A stretch of DNA of 64,000 nt from positions 21,638,001 through 21,702,000 of the forward strand of contig OZ024742.1 in NCBI GenBank assembly GCA_964016885.1, read 5' to 3'. Position numbers and translations under genes: made by a program. Below the pieces are notes generated by a model. The model was not told where the DNA came from and searched no databases. It saw only the letters and a program-made list of their open reading frames with translations. Within the stretch, counting starts at the first letter, position 1, and each line of letters starts with the position of its first letter. Origin of the DNA: Eledone cirrhosa (Eukaryota). Shown one piece after another: positions 1-15,800 of this stretch.

Positions 1-1
1 A

Positions 2-1369
2 GAAAAAAATAAAAAGCTTATTAGAACTTTCCTTAAAGAATATTATAGTCCAGATATTACATTTGAAAACACAAGTAAAGTAGTTAATTTCCTAGATATA
101 ACATTAGACTTATCTACGGGTATTTACCAACCTTACCATAAACCCAACCAAGATTTACACTACATACACTCACAATCTAATTACCCTAAATATATCCTTA
201 AAATCCTTGCATATAATATATCACTTAGAATTTCTAACCTTTCGTCTAACCAAGATGTATTTGATAAAAATGCGACCTTTTATAACGAAGCTCTAGCTAG
301 AAGTGGCCACAAAAATAGATTAGTATATATACCTTCTACCAATAACACTACAAACATACGACCTAATATTACCAACAAACACCAAATGAAACATACACAC
401 CTAAATGCCACTCACACTATACCCCAAAATAGCAACATAAAACCAAATTTCTCTAACTCTTCTAATATACAGTATAGTAACTCTCAAAAAACTACTCATC
501 CTACAACTCTAATAAATGTTAATAATAAAACTCCTAATAAACAAGCTAAAACACCTAAATCAATAAATCTAACTAAAAATGTGTGCGGAGAGGTCATTAA
601 CAATAATTATCTTAATAAACATCAGGATGCATCCTATAAAAACAATAAACAACATAGAAACCGTAATAGACGAGTTACTTGGTATAATGCTCAATTTAAT
701 TTACAAGTTAAGGATAATATACCTAAAAAATTCTTTAATATCCTAGAGAAAAACTTCCCGCCAAACTACAAATACCATCAAATCTTAAATAGATCAACAG
801 TTAAATTTTCCTACTCAACAACCAAAAACATAAAGCAAAATATAAGTGCCTATAATGCATATAAATGTAAAAAAACCATAAGTATACCACCAGTACATCA
901 AACTAACCATAATATCTCCTCAGATACAGGATTCACGAAAAGTTGTAACTGTAGAAACAAGGCAAACTGTCCATTAAAAGGAAATTGCCTTGTTAATAAC
1001 ATAATATATAAATGTAAAGTTAACACTAAGGACTCTATTTATTCATATATAGGAGCTACCTCTAACAATTTTAAGGTAAGATTTAATACCCACAAATATA
1101 GTTTTCAAAATGCCGCACTAGCTAATACAACATCTCTAGCTGAAAAAAATAATAGTTATAGAAAGAGGAAAATAGAATATGACCTGACCTGGAGTGTGCT
1201 TAAAAGGGCCACCCCTTATCAAAATAGTAGAAATGAATGTAGATTGTGTTCCCAAGAACTTTTCGAAATAATGAAATCTAAGGATATCCTATTAAATAAG
1301 CGACAAGAATTAATAATATCGTGTAATCATAAACTGAGAAAAACATTTAAATATTATAAACCTAATTAA
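2..1369 (+). mobile_element. Penelope-like element (Naiad-like) ORF, 5' part outside window: RT thumb + Cys-rich linker + GIY-YIG endonuclease
   Basis: Frame is open from base 2: VNFLDITLDLSTGIYQPYHKPN...NISLRISNLSSN...RNRRVTWYN...CNCRNKANCPLKGNCL...IIYKC...YIGATSNNFKVRFNTH...CRLC...LLNKRQE...CNH. Motifs are typical of PLE RT/GIY-YIG proteins. Confidence 0.92.
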
Positions 1370-1865
1370 TATACACTTTAGAAATTAATATATAAATTAA
1401 TTTTAATTCAGTTAACCTATAATTAATATTCTACTACAGATGAATTACAAAATTCTGCTTTAAATATTAAAAACCTAATTAATATACACTTTAGAAATTA
1501 ATATATAAACTATTTTTAATTTAGTTAACCTATAATTAATATTCTACTACCGATGAACTACATAATTTGGCTTTCCTTCTTACAAATATCATTTCCTAAA
1601 ACTGATACCATTAAGTAAACATATGTAATTATTTTTAAATTTAGTTAACCTATAATTAATATTCTACTACTGATGAACTACATAATTCTGCTTTAAATAT
1701 TATAAACCTAATTAATATGCACCTTAGAAATTAATATATAAACTATTTTTATTTTTATTTTAGTTAACCTATAATTTATATTCTACTAATGATGAACTAC
1801 ATAATTTGTCTTTCCTTCTTACAAATATCATTTCCTAAAACTGATACCATTAAGTAAACATGTAT
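1345..1865 (+). repeat. ~115-120 bp imperfect tandem repeats in the PLE 3' UTR
   Basis: AGTTAACCTATAATTAATATTCTACTA recurs near 1410, 1523, 1643 and 1762. Confidence 0.8.
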
Positions 1866-2101
1866 AATGCTTTAACTTCAGGTTATGACTCTATGTTCCT
1901 TGAAACCTGTATATATTTACTATTTCCCACTAATAAATTTAATCCCCCCCCCCCCAATAAATATATGTATATGTAAGTGTGGATGTGTGTGTATATAAGT
2001 GTGTATGTATGTATATGTGTATGTATGTGAATGTAAAAATATATATATGTGTGTATATATATATGGGTATATATTTGTGTGTGTATGTGTATGTATGTGT
2101 G

Positions 2102-2133
<32 letters not shown>

Positions 2134-2943
2134 TGTGTGTGTGTTCGTGTGTGTGTATGTATGTATATATATGTAGGTATATATATGTCTATATACATAT
2201 ATATATGTATATCATTTTTATATTCTTTTAATCTCCCCTCATCCTTAACAGCACTTTTCAACTGCATCTAACTCTTATTTATCATTTCTATATGTATTAG
2301 TATAATTTTATCAATATAAATATACCCATCATTTTAATTAATTCTATATCCTTTTCATAGATGTATTTTTTTCACTAACATCCTTATCTTAATACTCTGG
2401 TCACCTTAGATATTTGTATTGGCACTACTATTTTATAACAGCAACTGCTTGTATACCTTCTACTGACCACCTGACCTAGTTTCACCCCTAAAATAAGTTT
2501 CAATTACTACTATTTTACCATTTGGCCAATTATTAACTTTCTATTGGTTAATTCTAAACCTCTTACCAAACAGACAGAATATATTTGATCTTTGTTGGTT
2601 TTATTCAATGAACAAATAAAATTATTTCTGAGGTCAACATATGACCTACTTCTTCCCTAAAGTATCCATTATTATATTGGATCTTTGTTTGGTTTTATTC
2701 AATGAATAAATAAAATTATTTCTGATGTCAACATATGACCTACTTCTTCCCGAAAGTAATCCTTCATTCATAATACTCTTTTCCATCCAAAACTGAAATC
2801 TACCTTCCTCTACCCATAATTTTAAGGTTCTACTAATTCTATATCACTATCTTGACCCTTACTATCTCCTGATTGGTCAATTCAAAACCTGTTCCCAAAC
2901 AGACCTATTGTATTGAATCTTTGTTCTTATCAATAAACAAGTA

Positions 2944-3085
2944 TCATTATTTCTGAAGACAGCATATATATGTGTAGATATGTATATTCCCTCTGATAGT
3001 TTGTATAAATATTGTACATAGATCTATAGAATATGCATACCAACTCTAACACATATATATCCTAGAAACGATCTTAAAATAATGA
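2944..3085 (+). ncRNA. Type I hammerhead with long stem II (putative pLTR of the upstream PLE)
   Basis: Stem I TCATTATTT/AAATAATGA; CTGAAGA; stem II contains ATATATATGTGT/ACACATATATAT; GAAAC-GATC-TTA (stem III carries one mismatch). Confidence 0.6.
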
Positions 3086-3900
3086 ATTTTTTTTTAATAT
3101 AAGAAACTGTTTCTTTGTTTATTCATTATTTTTTTTATAATATATCTTGACTCTGTTGTTTTCCGTTTATTTTTCACCGAAAGTAATTTTTGAATGCATC
3201 TTCTCTTTTCATGTTATCCGGATTACATTGAGTTCTTCATACGGATTGGACACTACCGTAAACTTTTGGTAGATTTTTCTACATATATATATATATATAT
3301 AAACGAATTCCCCCATCCCTCACACTCAAGCGTGAAAACTGTTCGTACTGCACTCCTTGTTTTTATTTTGTTCCTTGCCTATATATATATATATATATAT
3401 ATATAGTAATAATAAATTTGAAGACTAAAATCCATAGAGAGCTCGATAAGGATAAATATATAAGAACCGTAGAGCAAATATTTATTTGTTATTTTAATAG
3501 ATATATATATATAATTTAATTTGACAATTCCATTGATTGGTTAATTATTTATGTTTGTTTAATAACGCTCTAGTTGAGTGCTTAATTCAGTTTGTGTATG
3601 GAACATTTCCCATTGCTCAAAATTTGAATTTGGCCGCCATAAACCGGGGTTACCTCCCCGTTGGAGTAACATGTGCCATCCCAACCGGATTTGTGTCAGA
3701 ACGAAAACCTGTTGATAAAGAAAGTCCACAGTTCGATCTTCCAGAAACTTAACTATACTAACAAGCGGATTTTGTTGACTTCGAGTTTACAGACACCTCA
3801 TTGAGATATTGAATAATTTCGAAGTGATGGGCCAGGTTTGTTATATATATATATATATGTGTGTGTGTGTATATATATATATATGTATATACATATATAG

Positions 3901-4018
<118 letters not shown>

Positions 4019-4127
4019 TATATTTAAATTTTTTTTTTTTGAAAAACATTGTTTAATTTATAATAAATTGGAGTGAAAGTGACTGGTGCGTGTGTTTTTT
4101 ATTGGCAACATGACCCTCCCAATGTAT

Positions 4128-4188
<61 letters not shown>

Positions 4189-4244
4189 GATTATGGTATA
4201 ATAAACTTTTCAAGGATTTACACAAATCCGGCCTCCTGTTATTT

Positions 4245-4316
<72 letters not shown>

Positions 4317-5083
4317 GTGTATGTATTTTTTCTCGCGAGTCAGATCTTTTGTTGCTACAGATCACGCGGCTGAATTGCCGGTCGCTATCTTCAATTTGAA
4401 AAGCCCTTTAAACTGTATGCTAATACTCTGACGTTTATACCTTGTCGATTGCTTGGCTGCACTGCTGAAGGCATTCGTCGGATTAGCTGCGACTCGAGCT
4501 TCGAATATGCTGTACTTTCATTTGTATATATATAGATATAGATATAGATATATATATATATATATAACATGTTTGACCTTATACAGAACTCTTCTATTCA
4601 CTCTTGAGTTATAACTTGAATCATCTCTTATATTTAATATAATTGTCACAGTAAAGTATATGGAACACTTCAGTCTGTCTCTAATGCAAGTTCTGCTAAT
4701 GATATATTTATACTCTGAAAAAGACCCAGAAAAGAAAGCAGGACAGGTTTAGTGCTTGATATATTTCGTATCTGTCATTCCCATTGTCTTTAATAAATAT
4801 GAATTATATTTACCATCTGTGCATTGGAATGCATGAGAAACTATAATCAAGTTTACGACGAAATACTCCTGTTTCGTTAGAGTCCAATCAACAGCAAATA
4901 ATTCTCATTTCCTTTGTCAATTATTAATTTATACACAACAGCAATTCATACTTGTACACATGTACACTTACAATTCATATTTATACATGAACATGTGTTA
5001 CTCTCCTTCTCTCTTTGTATCTCTCCCTATCTCACCATATATATACATACATATGAATATATATATATATATATATATATAAA

Positions 5084-5114
<31 letters not shown>

Positions 5115-5169
5115 ATGTGTGTATGTGTGTGTATGTGTGTGTGTGTATGTATGTGTATGTATGTAAATA

Positions 5170-5204
<35 letters not shown>

Positions 5205-5205
<1 letters not shown>

Positions 5206-6570
5206 ATTACTACGCCTCATATCAGAGAGCCTGCTGATTGACGCGATTAACTTCGCCAGGAACTTAACCACAATCACCGAAGCCGAGCAGGATGTGATCT
5301 TCCATGTACGTAAGACCTTTCTTTACCATGACAGATCCCACTGGATCAACAAAAAATCTGAGACCCCCTTCGACGTTAGAATGGCTGCTAGCGACTCAGT
5401 TGAAATTAGTGACCTTGTGGGTCTGTTCATCCTCCACAGGTTGAAGACCCTCTTCACAGGCCTGTCCGGCAGTCTCTACCGAGATGACGGCCTCTTTGCC
5501 CTCCACAAAATCAACCCCAGGACCACGGATGGGTTCAGGAAAAACCTTTACACCTTCTTTAAAAACTTAGGCCTTAGGATTATCTTAGATTCGAACTTAA
5601 CTAAAGATAACTTCCTAGACGTCACCCTCGACTTAGAAACTTCCCTTTACTACCCGCACTACAAACCTAATGAATCCCTTAGATATATAGACGTTAATTC
5701 TAACCACCCCAAACATATATTAGACAACCTAGTGAAAAGTGTCTCCATTAGGATATCTAGCCTCGCCGCCAATGAAGATATCTTTAGAGCAGCAGCCCCC
5801 TATTACAACGAGGCCCTGGCCCGCAGCGGCTTTAGAGATAAGATCACCTACCTTAGTATAGCCCCACGCCCACCCAGGAAGAATAGGCGAAGGCACATTA
5901 ACTGGTACAAACCCCCCCCCCCTTCAACCGCGAAGTCTCAACACCTGTAGCTAAAATTTTCTTCACTCTCTTACAAAAACTCTTCCCCACCCAACATAGG
6001 TACTATACAATCCTTAATAAGAATACCATTAGACTCTCTTACTCTACCACACCTCACCTAGCTAGGAACTTAGCCAACAATAACATCAAGAAGCTAAATA
6101 AGTCTACTTTTTCCGAAGCCCATCCAGCAACCGATGGCAATTGCAATTGCCCTGATAAGACTACCTGCCCTCTCAACAACAACTGTCTAAAAAAAGATCT
6201 CGTATATATATGCGATGTACTCTCAGGCCCCGATGAAAAAAGAAACTCGTACATCGGGATAACTTCTAACAGTTTTAAGACTCGCTGGTACGCCCACACA
6301 CATTCGTTCCGGCGCCCAGACAAATCTAACCAAACTACACTCGCCGCCCACATCTGGCACCTTAAAAGGAACTCCATCCCCTTCAAGACCCAATGGAGAC
6401 TACTCCAGAGAGCGCGATACTACACGGGATGCCATAATTGCTGTGACCTCTGTATCTCCGAGAGCTATGAGATTCTATTCGCCAAAGGCCCTCTCCTCAA
6501 CAAGATCTCGGAACACTCCCCTAATTGCATGCACAAGAACTATGCAAATTACAAAAACTACAGACCCACC
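5205..6570 (+). mobile_element. 5'-truncated, frameshifted Penelope-like element (RT + GIY-YIG)
   Basis: FDVRMAASDSVEISDLVGL...LYRDDG...NFLDVTLDL. Frameshift at the poly-C near 5912, then CNCPDKTTCPLNNNCL, YIGITSNSFKTRWYAH, CDLC, CMH. Starts directly after (TA)n. Confidence 0.92.
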
Positions 6571-6820
6571 CGGCCCCCCGACTGACCCCTCCCCCATATT
6601 ACCACCCCACCCCGTACCCCATCCCAATTCCGTCCCTCCATCTCTCATTATTACCTTCTTTCCTCCCCTCCAGGTCTTATATATTGTGTTGTATGCCTCT
6701 GAGTAAAGTTCCGTGGCCGCACACACAAATTCACGTATATACCTGCTCATGTTTGCATACGTGCAGTTATGAACTGCTGCACCACACGTTCGTGATTTAT
6801 TTATCTATTTATCTGTATAT

Positions 6821-6851
<31 letters not shown>

Positions 6852-7500
6852 GTTACTTTATTTATATATTTATTTATTTATCTATTTATTTATTTATTTA
6901 TTTATTTACTTGTTTATTTGTTTATCTGTTTGTTTGTTTGTTTGTTTGTGTGTTAGTTAACTCATTCATTTATTTATTAATTAATGAGTGAATGATTAGG
7001 TAATGAATAGATAAAAGATAAAAGATAGGTAACGAATAGTGAATGGTAAATAATAAATAGTAATTAATTAGTTGATGATAATATTAATAACTTAGTAGTG
7101 ATATTAATTATTTTAATCCTCTTTCAGGCCCAGTTTAAAATTTAAAAATTTAAAATTTAAAATTTGTCCCACTACCTTTTCCCATTATATTATAGACACA
7201 TGTATGTGTGCGAACGAGTGCGTGTTTGTGCATATGCGTTTATGTGTACTTATTTGTATGTATGTGTATGTATGCGTGTGTGCTTGTATATGTGTATGTG
7301 TATGTATGTATATATGTATATACATATATATATATATATATATCGTTATACTTTGGGAGGGTCATGTTGCCAATAAGAAACACACGCACCAGTTGATTTC
7401 ACTTCAATTTATTATAATAAATTTATAATAAATTTATAAATTTATTTATAAATTTCTGGTTGGTTGGTTGGTTCCACAACCAGATAGTTGTTTATATATT

Positions 7501-7543
7501 GTCATAGTTCTTTCGTCACACACTCTGTGACCTCTTCAGTGAC
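7501..7543 (-). ncRNA. Type I hammerhead
   Basis: Minus strand: GTCA CTGAAGA G GTCAC-agagtgt-GTGAC GAAAG AA CTA/TGAC. Confidence 0.7.
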
Positions 7544-7649
7544 TGGGGATTCCTTTCTTTGTTTTTGTGCCTCTGCTTTGTTCTGTCCTACGCCATTTCA
7601 TATATACATATATACATATACACACACATACACACACATAGATATATAA

Positions 7650-7685
<36 letters not shown>

Positions 7686-7965
7686 TTATATATGTATGTG
7701 TGTTTGTGTGTGTATATGTATATATGTATAAATATGTGTATGTATGTGTTTGTGTGTGTGTGTACGTATGTGTATGTATGTGTGTGCATATGTATGTATG
7801 TGTATGTATAGTATAGTTTATACCGAGAGACATACATACATGTATGTGTGTATATATATATATGTGTATGTGTATACGCACCTGTGTATGTGTAGATATA
7901 TATATGTGTGTGTATGTGTATGCGTGTGGGTGTGTATATTTGTGTTTTTGTTTTTCTCTTGTGTG

Positions 7966-7996
<31 letters not shown>

Positions 7997-8017
7997 ATAT
8001 ATGTGTGTGTGTGTGTG

Positions 8018-8061
<44 letters not shown>

Positions 8062-8079
8062 AGCACACGCATGTGTATG

Positions 8080-9130
<1,051 letters not shown>

Positions 9131-9155
9131 GTATATATATATATATATAAATATG

Positions 9156-9250
<95 letters not shown>

Positions 9251-9755
9251 ATGGGTATGCATTTATATATATGTGTGTGTAATTGTTTTTGTATGTGGTT
9301 GTGAGTATGTAAATATATTTTATTCTTTCCATTCTACAAAAACACTCTGGCCACCTGTGGCTTGTATGTTAACTTGACCACTCACCCCAGTCTGTGCCAT
9401 GATTCGGTCTTGTTTATCTTCTATTACAAACCCGCCTAAAAAAATGTTCCTACTATATATCTGTTGAATTACTATTCTTGGGGTTTTTACTTTTTTTTTT
9501 TTCTATTTTTTTCTATTTATTTTCTATATTTATTTATTAATTTATCTATTTATTCATTTATTTATTTACTTATTTATTTTTTTAAAAAAAGCACTCTGGC
9601 TAATTGACCACTCCCCAAAGAAAAAACGGCCTGTGCCATGTTGTGGTCCTGTGTATCTAAATACCATCCTACCCCAAAATATCCCCTCCCCCCAGCCACC
9701 ACCCCTCCCTTACCACTACCTAAATGTATAAATACCAGAACTTAATGTGACACCC

Positions 9756-9806
9756 AGCTTCCTGAAGATTTCATCTGAATGAAACTGTACTAGTCCTGTA
9801 GAAGCT
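9756..9806 (+). ncRNA. Type I hammerhead (family shared with 27.5 and 46.8 kb)
   Basis: AGCTTC CTGAAGA TTTCATCTGAAT GAAAC...GTA/GAAGCT. Stem I differs from AGATTC/GAATCT of the other copies but stays paired. Confidence 0.75.
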
Positions 9807-9892
9807 CCTTCTATTAAATAAAAAAAATTTACTCTGCCATGTATTGAGTACCTTACTTACTGTGGTTATCCCCGACTCAACCCGGGACCTAC

Positions 9893-9960
<68 letters not shown>

Positions 9961-9964
<4 letters not shown>

Positions 9965-10448
9965 ATACTTGGGGAGGGTCGTATTGTTGTAATAATATTG
10001 CCAAAAATAATAACAGAACACACTCACTGTTTGGTTCGTTATCGCTTCTGTATCTTTTATATCTCCATAGTTAATTCATTTGGCAATCAATGTTTATCAT
10101 TGAATGACCAACGGTTACAAATACAGATATAAATATATATATATAGTCTATCAAAGTTCTTTCGTTGCACATCTGCAACATTATCAGTTGTACTATTATG
10201 TTTCCTCCCATTGTATTGTACTGTAATGTCTACACCATTTTTATTTGAAAGATACAGAAGCGAAAACCAACCAAACAGTGAGTGTGTTCTGATCCCGCCG
10301 AGGTTGACTTTGCCTTTCATCCTTACGGGGTCGATAAAATAAACTACCAGTAATGCACTGGGTAATTGCTGGCCTTGTGCCTAAAGTAGAAACAGTTATT
10401 ATTTCTGGCAATAGTATTACAACAATATGACCCTCCCCAAGTATAATA
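9961..10448. mobile_element. Non-coding module with inverted ends (GTTATACTTGGGAGGGTC...), degenerate HHR and nested SINE fragment
   Basis: 9961-10002 is inverted at 10405-10447. Related pieces lie at ~4100, 7345, 48582-49050 and 58220. Degenerate HHR on minus strand at 10151-10193 (CTGATAA, stem II GTTGCA/TGCAAC, GAAAG). Confidence 0.7.
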
Positions 10449-10487
10449 ATATCTGTTTCGACACACGATTTCATATCAAAAACCTTG

Positions 10488-10672
10488 CAATAACGTTTAT
10501 TGAGTAGTGACGTGCGTTTCGCTATTGATCAGCTCAAGGTTTGATCTGTATCGATGTGGCCTGACTCATTACCACAACAGAGGTCCGACGAGGTTTCGAT
10601 TCCAGAGTCGGGCCAGATCGAAACTTGAGCTGATCAATAACGAAACTCGCGTCACTACTCAATAAACGTATT
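10488..10672. repeat. Inverted repeat (~60 bp arms)
   Basis: ACGTTTATTGAGTAGTGACG...GATCTG versus CAGATC...CGTCACTACTCAATAAACGT. Confidence 0.85.
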
Positions 10673-10758
10673 CAAGACATAATAAATCATGCTTTCGTCA
10701 TATATATATACATATATATATATATATATGTGTGTATGTATATATATATGTATATGTA

Positions 10759-10811
<53 letters not shown>

Positions 10812-10817
10812 GAGAAA

Positions 10818-11000
10818 GTATGACCCCGACGGCAGAGCTCTAGCCGTTTCGACGGCTATTTCTGGACTAACGTTTAGTCCAGAAATAGCCGTCGAAACGG
10901 CTTGAGCTCTGCCGTCGTGATCATACTCCCTCCTATTTCCCACTCTACTACCCTAAGTATTGAGAACTCTGGTGCGTTATTGTCCATCTGGCTCCTTACT
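10818..11000. mobile_element. Fold-back module carrying the 3' half of a hammerhead (family at 26.5, 45.05, 52.74 kb)
   Basis: Near-perfect palindrome 10818-10927 containing GAAACGGC-ttgagctct-GCCGTC; shared tail CTACTACCCTAAGTATTGAG...CCTTAC. Confidence 0.75.
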
Positions 11001-11029
11001 ATATATATAGCAATAATAATAAATGTGAA

Positions 11030-11066
<37 letters not shown>

Positions 11067-11159
11067 AGACCTCAGTGCTAATATGTGGGTCCTTTCTACC
11101 GATTGGAGTTTGCATCGTCAGCGGTTTTGGCATCCGTAAGAAGTTGAGTATTTATGTAT

Positions 11160-11341
11160 AATAACTGTTTCTACTTTTGGCACGAGGCCAGCAATTACCA
11201 GTGTATTACTGGTACTTTATTTTATTGACCCCGAAAGGATGAAAGGCAAAGTTAACCTCGGCGGGATTTGAACTCAGAATGACAAGGACCGTAACTCTAT
11301 GCATCAAAGCATGGCGTCCGACCGTCCACCGATACTGCCAA
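11160..11341 (-). mobile_element. tRNA-derived SINE (young octopus-like family)
   Basis: Minus strand has A-box-like TGGCAGTATCGG, B-box GAGTTCAAATCC, body GCCTTTCATCCT...GGGGTC and an (ATT)-type tail. Confidence 0.85.
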
Positions 11342-13350
11342 ATGTATAATAACGAGTGGAAACGAAGTATCAGTTTAACATCACTGCATTTCTCATTCAA
11401 TGTTGACGTACGTTTCACAATCAATCAGCTCAATGTACGATCAGTCATTATCGAGCCCGACTCTGGAATCAACAGCTTATCCAACTTTTTGATTCTCGAA
11501 TGGATGGAATTATCTCTGCGGCATCTTTATATTTACGCGTAAGGCATTGTCAACTCAAAATCTGTTGTAGTATCAGCATAGGTCTTTGGAGTTCATTGGT
11601 TGTGGGTGTGAAAATTGTTTACCCGGCTGTCTAAGTCAAGTTCACTATTGAGTGTCCATCCCAATCCACGACCACAGTAGCAACAACATTATCAAACAGT
11701 AACGACGTAAATATTAATTATAATAACTATCTCAGACACAATGCCTACATTTTGTGGGGCGGGGAAAATCGATTGAATTCTTACTGGTGCTCTATTTTAT
11801 GAAATCCGTAACGATGAAAGGCAAATCTAAGCTGGGCAGGATTTGAACACAGAACGTAGAGTCGCAATTATATGCCGCAAAGTATGTAGTTCGATGCTCT
11901 ACCTATACTGTCAAACCACATTTATAATAAATATAATAATATTTCATATAAAATCCACCAATAAGTGTACTACTAACAATAATGATGATGTATGTGTGTT
12001 TCAGTATGTAAGTATTTATATGTATATCTACGTATGTGTGTCTAAGAGAGTGTGAGTAGAAATTTCTTTGTGTAAATATATATTTACTTAACCGTTCATC
12101 ACAGATATAATGTTAACGAAATACGTATTTTGTGTGCTACGTTATTCCAATATATTATATAAATATTTTTAGTTTTATCAATATTGTATTGGTCATTCAA
12201 TAAACTATAGCACTAGTAAATACTTGGGTCGATATAAATGACATACCCACCTCTCTAATTGCAGGCCTTGTGCCTAAACTAGAAAGCATAATTTTAATAG
12301 CCGTAATGATGTCATGTGCTTTCGCTAAAGTATCAAGCCTACTGTGTAGTTTTGTTTCATTTTCGTTTCGTTTTTCTTTCTTATTAAATGTACATTACAT
12401 AACATTCATGCAGTTCCTCGATGTCCAATCTTCTTTATGCTGTATGTGTGAGCAATTACTAGGGTGTTAGCTGGGTATGTGTCTGTATTTACTTAACGAT
12501 TCCCAAAGTATCTATTATTATGGGATTATTTGTATTTCAATATCTACATTCTGCTTATCTCTATTTCCGGCTACAGCTAGAAATCATTATGTAAATATAT
12601 TTATTGTCTATTACGTTACAGCAATTACGTCCACCAAGATGGACTTCCCTTCCTGAACTTACTTGAAAACAATATCCGTTCTCAATTATCTTTTATCGTA
12701 TTTTGTGTGAGTTAGTTTATCATACAGTATGGTCACTTTGTCTCGCTATACGCCATTTTCTAGTTTCCTCTTCGTAAATAGTCCATATTGTTGGCAAAAT
12801 GTCCAGTATACAATTGTTAAAGCAAAGTTTTGTCTCTATATATTTACAGTTTTGGCTATGACTGGGCTAACTGAAACAGATTTTGTGTTCTCAGTCACTA
12901 TGTACCCACCATTTATCGCATCCTGCTTCAATATATGCTTCTGCGTGTGCTTATGTGCGTGTATGTGTGTATGTGTGTATATGTGTGGGCGTGTGTATGT
13001 GTGTGTGTTTGGGGGTGGGCTGTATTATGTATAAAGTCATTAATGATATGCGGCCAAAATCATTCTTCGAATATCAGCCTTCTTTTTTTACGAGCTGACC
13101 AGTTTTAATGACTTTTCTTACTATTTATTTAGAATGTCCTATTATAATCCCACTTTAATGAAGTGTCCTTTTTTTTAGATTAGGTTTACTCGAAATTGTA
13201 TCTTACATCAACAGAAATATTCACCATTCTCGGCTCGAAATTCGAATGTATATTTATATATAGTATTTTTTCCTTCCCTTTAATTTTTCCCCCCTTTTAA
13301 TGTCTTTCCTCCACTCCCCTTCACACCCTCGGAACTCTTTTCCTTCCCAC

Positions 13351-13392
13351 TTTTCTCCTGATGAAGGGATTATGGCCGAAACGTCGTCCTCC
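13351..13392 (+). ncRNA. Minimal PLE-type hammerhead, degenerate stem I
   Basis: TCTC CTGATGA AGG-GATTATGG-CC GAAACGTCGTC; flanks resemble the module at 45848. Confidence 0.5.
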
Positions 13393-13480
13393 ATCCCACT
13401 CTCAAGCGTGAACCTAATACCTAGACTGTTTGTACTGCACTCTTCGTTATTGTTTTTTTTTTTTTTTTTTTTAACTTCTG

Positions 13481-13583
<103 letters not shown>

Positions 13584-14653
13584 GTGTGTGTGCGTGTGCC
13601 TGTCTGTGTGTGTGTGTGCATGTATTTGTAGAGTACGTTCTTCTAGCTGAAGACACTTATTTAGTTCTATTCGATGTAAAAATCTTTATATGCTGGATAT
13701 CGAGTGGTGCATCCCACGTTCCTATATCGATATATAAAATCTATTAACGTGATTATGTTAGAGAATATTTGTATGTGAATTGAACTGCAGAATTGATAAG
13801 AGCTGAAGACAAGATGTATTGCATACGTACTGCCTGAGTAAGATAGGTCTCAACATCGTCTGTATTCCCTGTGGAATTTTAAAACGTAATTAAATACCAG
13901 TCATATATTATGATGGTATTATTAACTATGCGCCTTTTCAAATAACCATTTCTATCATTGTGCCAATATCCAGAATACTTTATAACTCATCTATATAAAA
14001 TATTCAGCAAATATAAAACATAACTTAACTTCTTTTCAAACAAAATTTTCTCGAATTTCTTGGCTATATAACAAGTTTTGACACGAACTTTTGAATACTA
14101 ATGAACTAATATATATATGTATGTATGAGGAAATATTAAATAAAAAAAAATGTTAAGCTGTTCGATGGAAATTCACAGTAAAATCTGACACCTTTTTCCA
14201 ATAAAATAGTACTCAGTAGAAAGGTGATATACACCTGAAGCCATCACAGGATAAATCGTTTGCAATTTTTTTTTTCCACTCAAGCGCCAAAGGATTAAAC
14301 ACGACTATTGTTACATTTATAATTGTTTTCACGATTTTAACTTAAAACACAGAGACAAGGAAGAAAAAGTGATATAAGGAGGCTGAAACAGGAAATAGAA
14401 AGAAAAATTTTACATACGATAAAATAAGCTATTACGAAAAAATATATATTGAAGTATTTCAAGTAAAGTGAAATAAGTCACTATAAAGTAACTAGAAATA
14501 CTGGGTACTTTATATTGTTTTGTTGAAAACCAGACGCTACAGCAGTAAAAAAAGATCTGACACAATTCATACGGAAAACTTCACTAAAAATAATTAGAAC
14601 TATATATACATACATATATATATATATATATGTGTGGGTGTGTGTATAAAATA

Positions 14654-15042
<389 letters not shown>

Positions 15043-15082
15043 TTTTTATCTTTATACTTTCACTCGTGTAGGACACCCCGGT

Positions 15083-15594
15083 TATGTATACAGACGTACA
15101 GTAGCATGTATATATATACATACATGCATACACATATATATGTACGTATGGATTCACCGAACATTTATTATAATGCTCCGTGTGTTTGTAAAGAAACATC
15201 CCGAATTAAGCCGTACAGTGTTTAGCAACCATCGTTGCCTTTTTTGTTCAACATTGACAAAGGAACGATGTACTAATTTCAAGCTTATTAGCTATCGTTA
15301 GCACCGTATACCTTCCTGCCAGATGATTTAACTTCTGAAAGTATATACTTTCCTTATGCATATTAACGGCTGAGCAGCCTAATTTGCATATCGAGTGAGT
15401 TAATCGGCCGGGCGCACCGAAAATGATAAACGGAAAAAATGAAACAAAATTTCATTTCTCACTCTTAGTACGGCTGTTACTTTAATATAAGTATGTATAC
15501 GTACATACATATATGTATACAGACGTACAGTAGTATGTATATATATACGTACATTGTAATAAATGTTCGGTGAATCCATACGTACATATATATA

Positions 15595-15602
<8 letters not shown>
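15083..15602 (-). mobile_element. ~430 nt HHR-bearing non-coding repeat unit (retrozyme-like family), slightly more than one unit plus short inversion
   Basis: TATGTATACAGACGTACAGTAG at 15083 and 15512 (period 429). Degenerate HHR at 15265-15307 (CTAACGA). Homologous to 49.2-50.0 kb and 61.5-62.6 kb. Confidence 0.85.
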
Positions 15603-15651
<49 letters not shown>

Positions 15652-15800
15652 CAGATTAATGGTTAAGCCAAGAATCGCTGCATTCTCCCCTAACGGGGTC
15701 TTCTGAAACGGTTTTTATATAGTTGATATATATATTATTCTTATCGAGCCCTTTTCGGATTTTAGTCTTAACATTTATTATTATTACTATATATATATAA

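Noticed and set aside
1665-1690. CTGATGA within the PLE 3' UTR tandem repeats
   Set aside because: Not conserved among the four repeats, and no GAAA partner.
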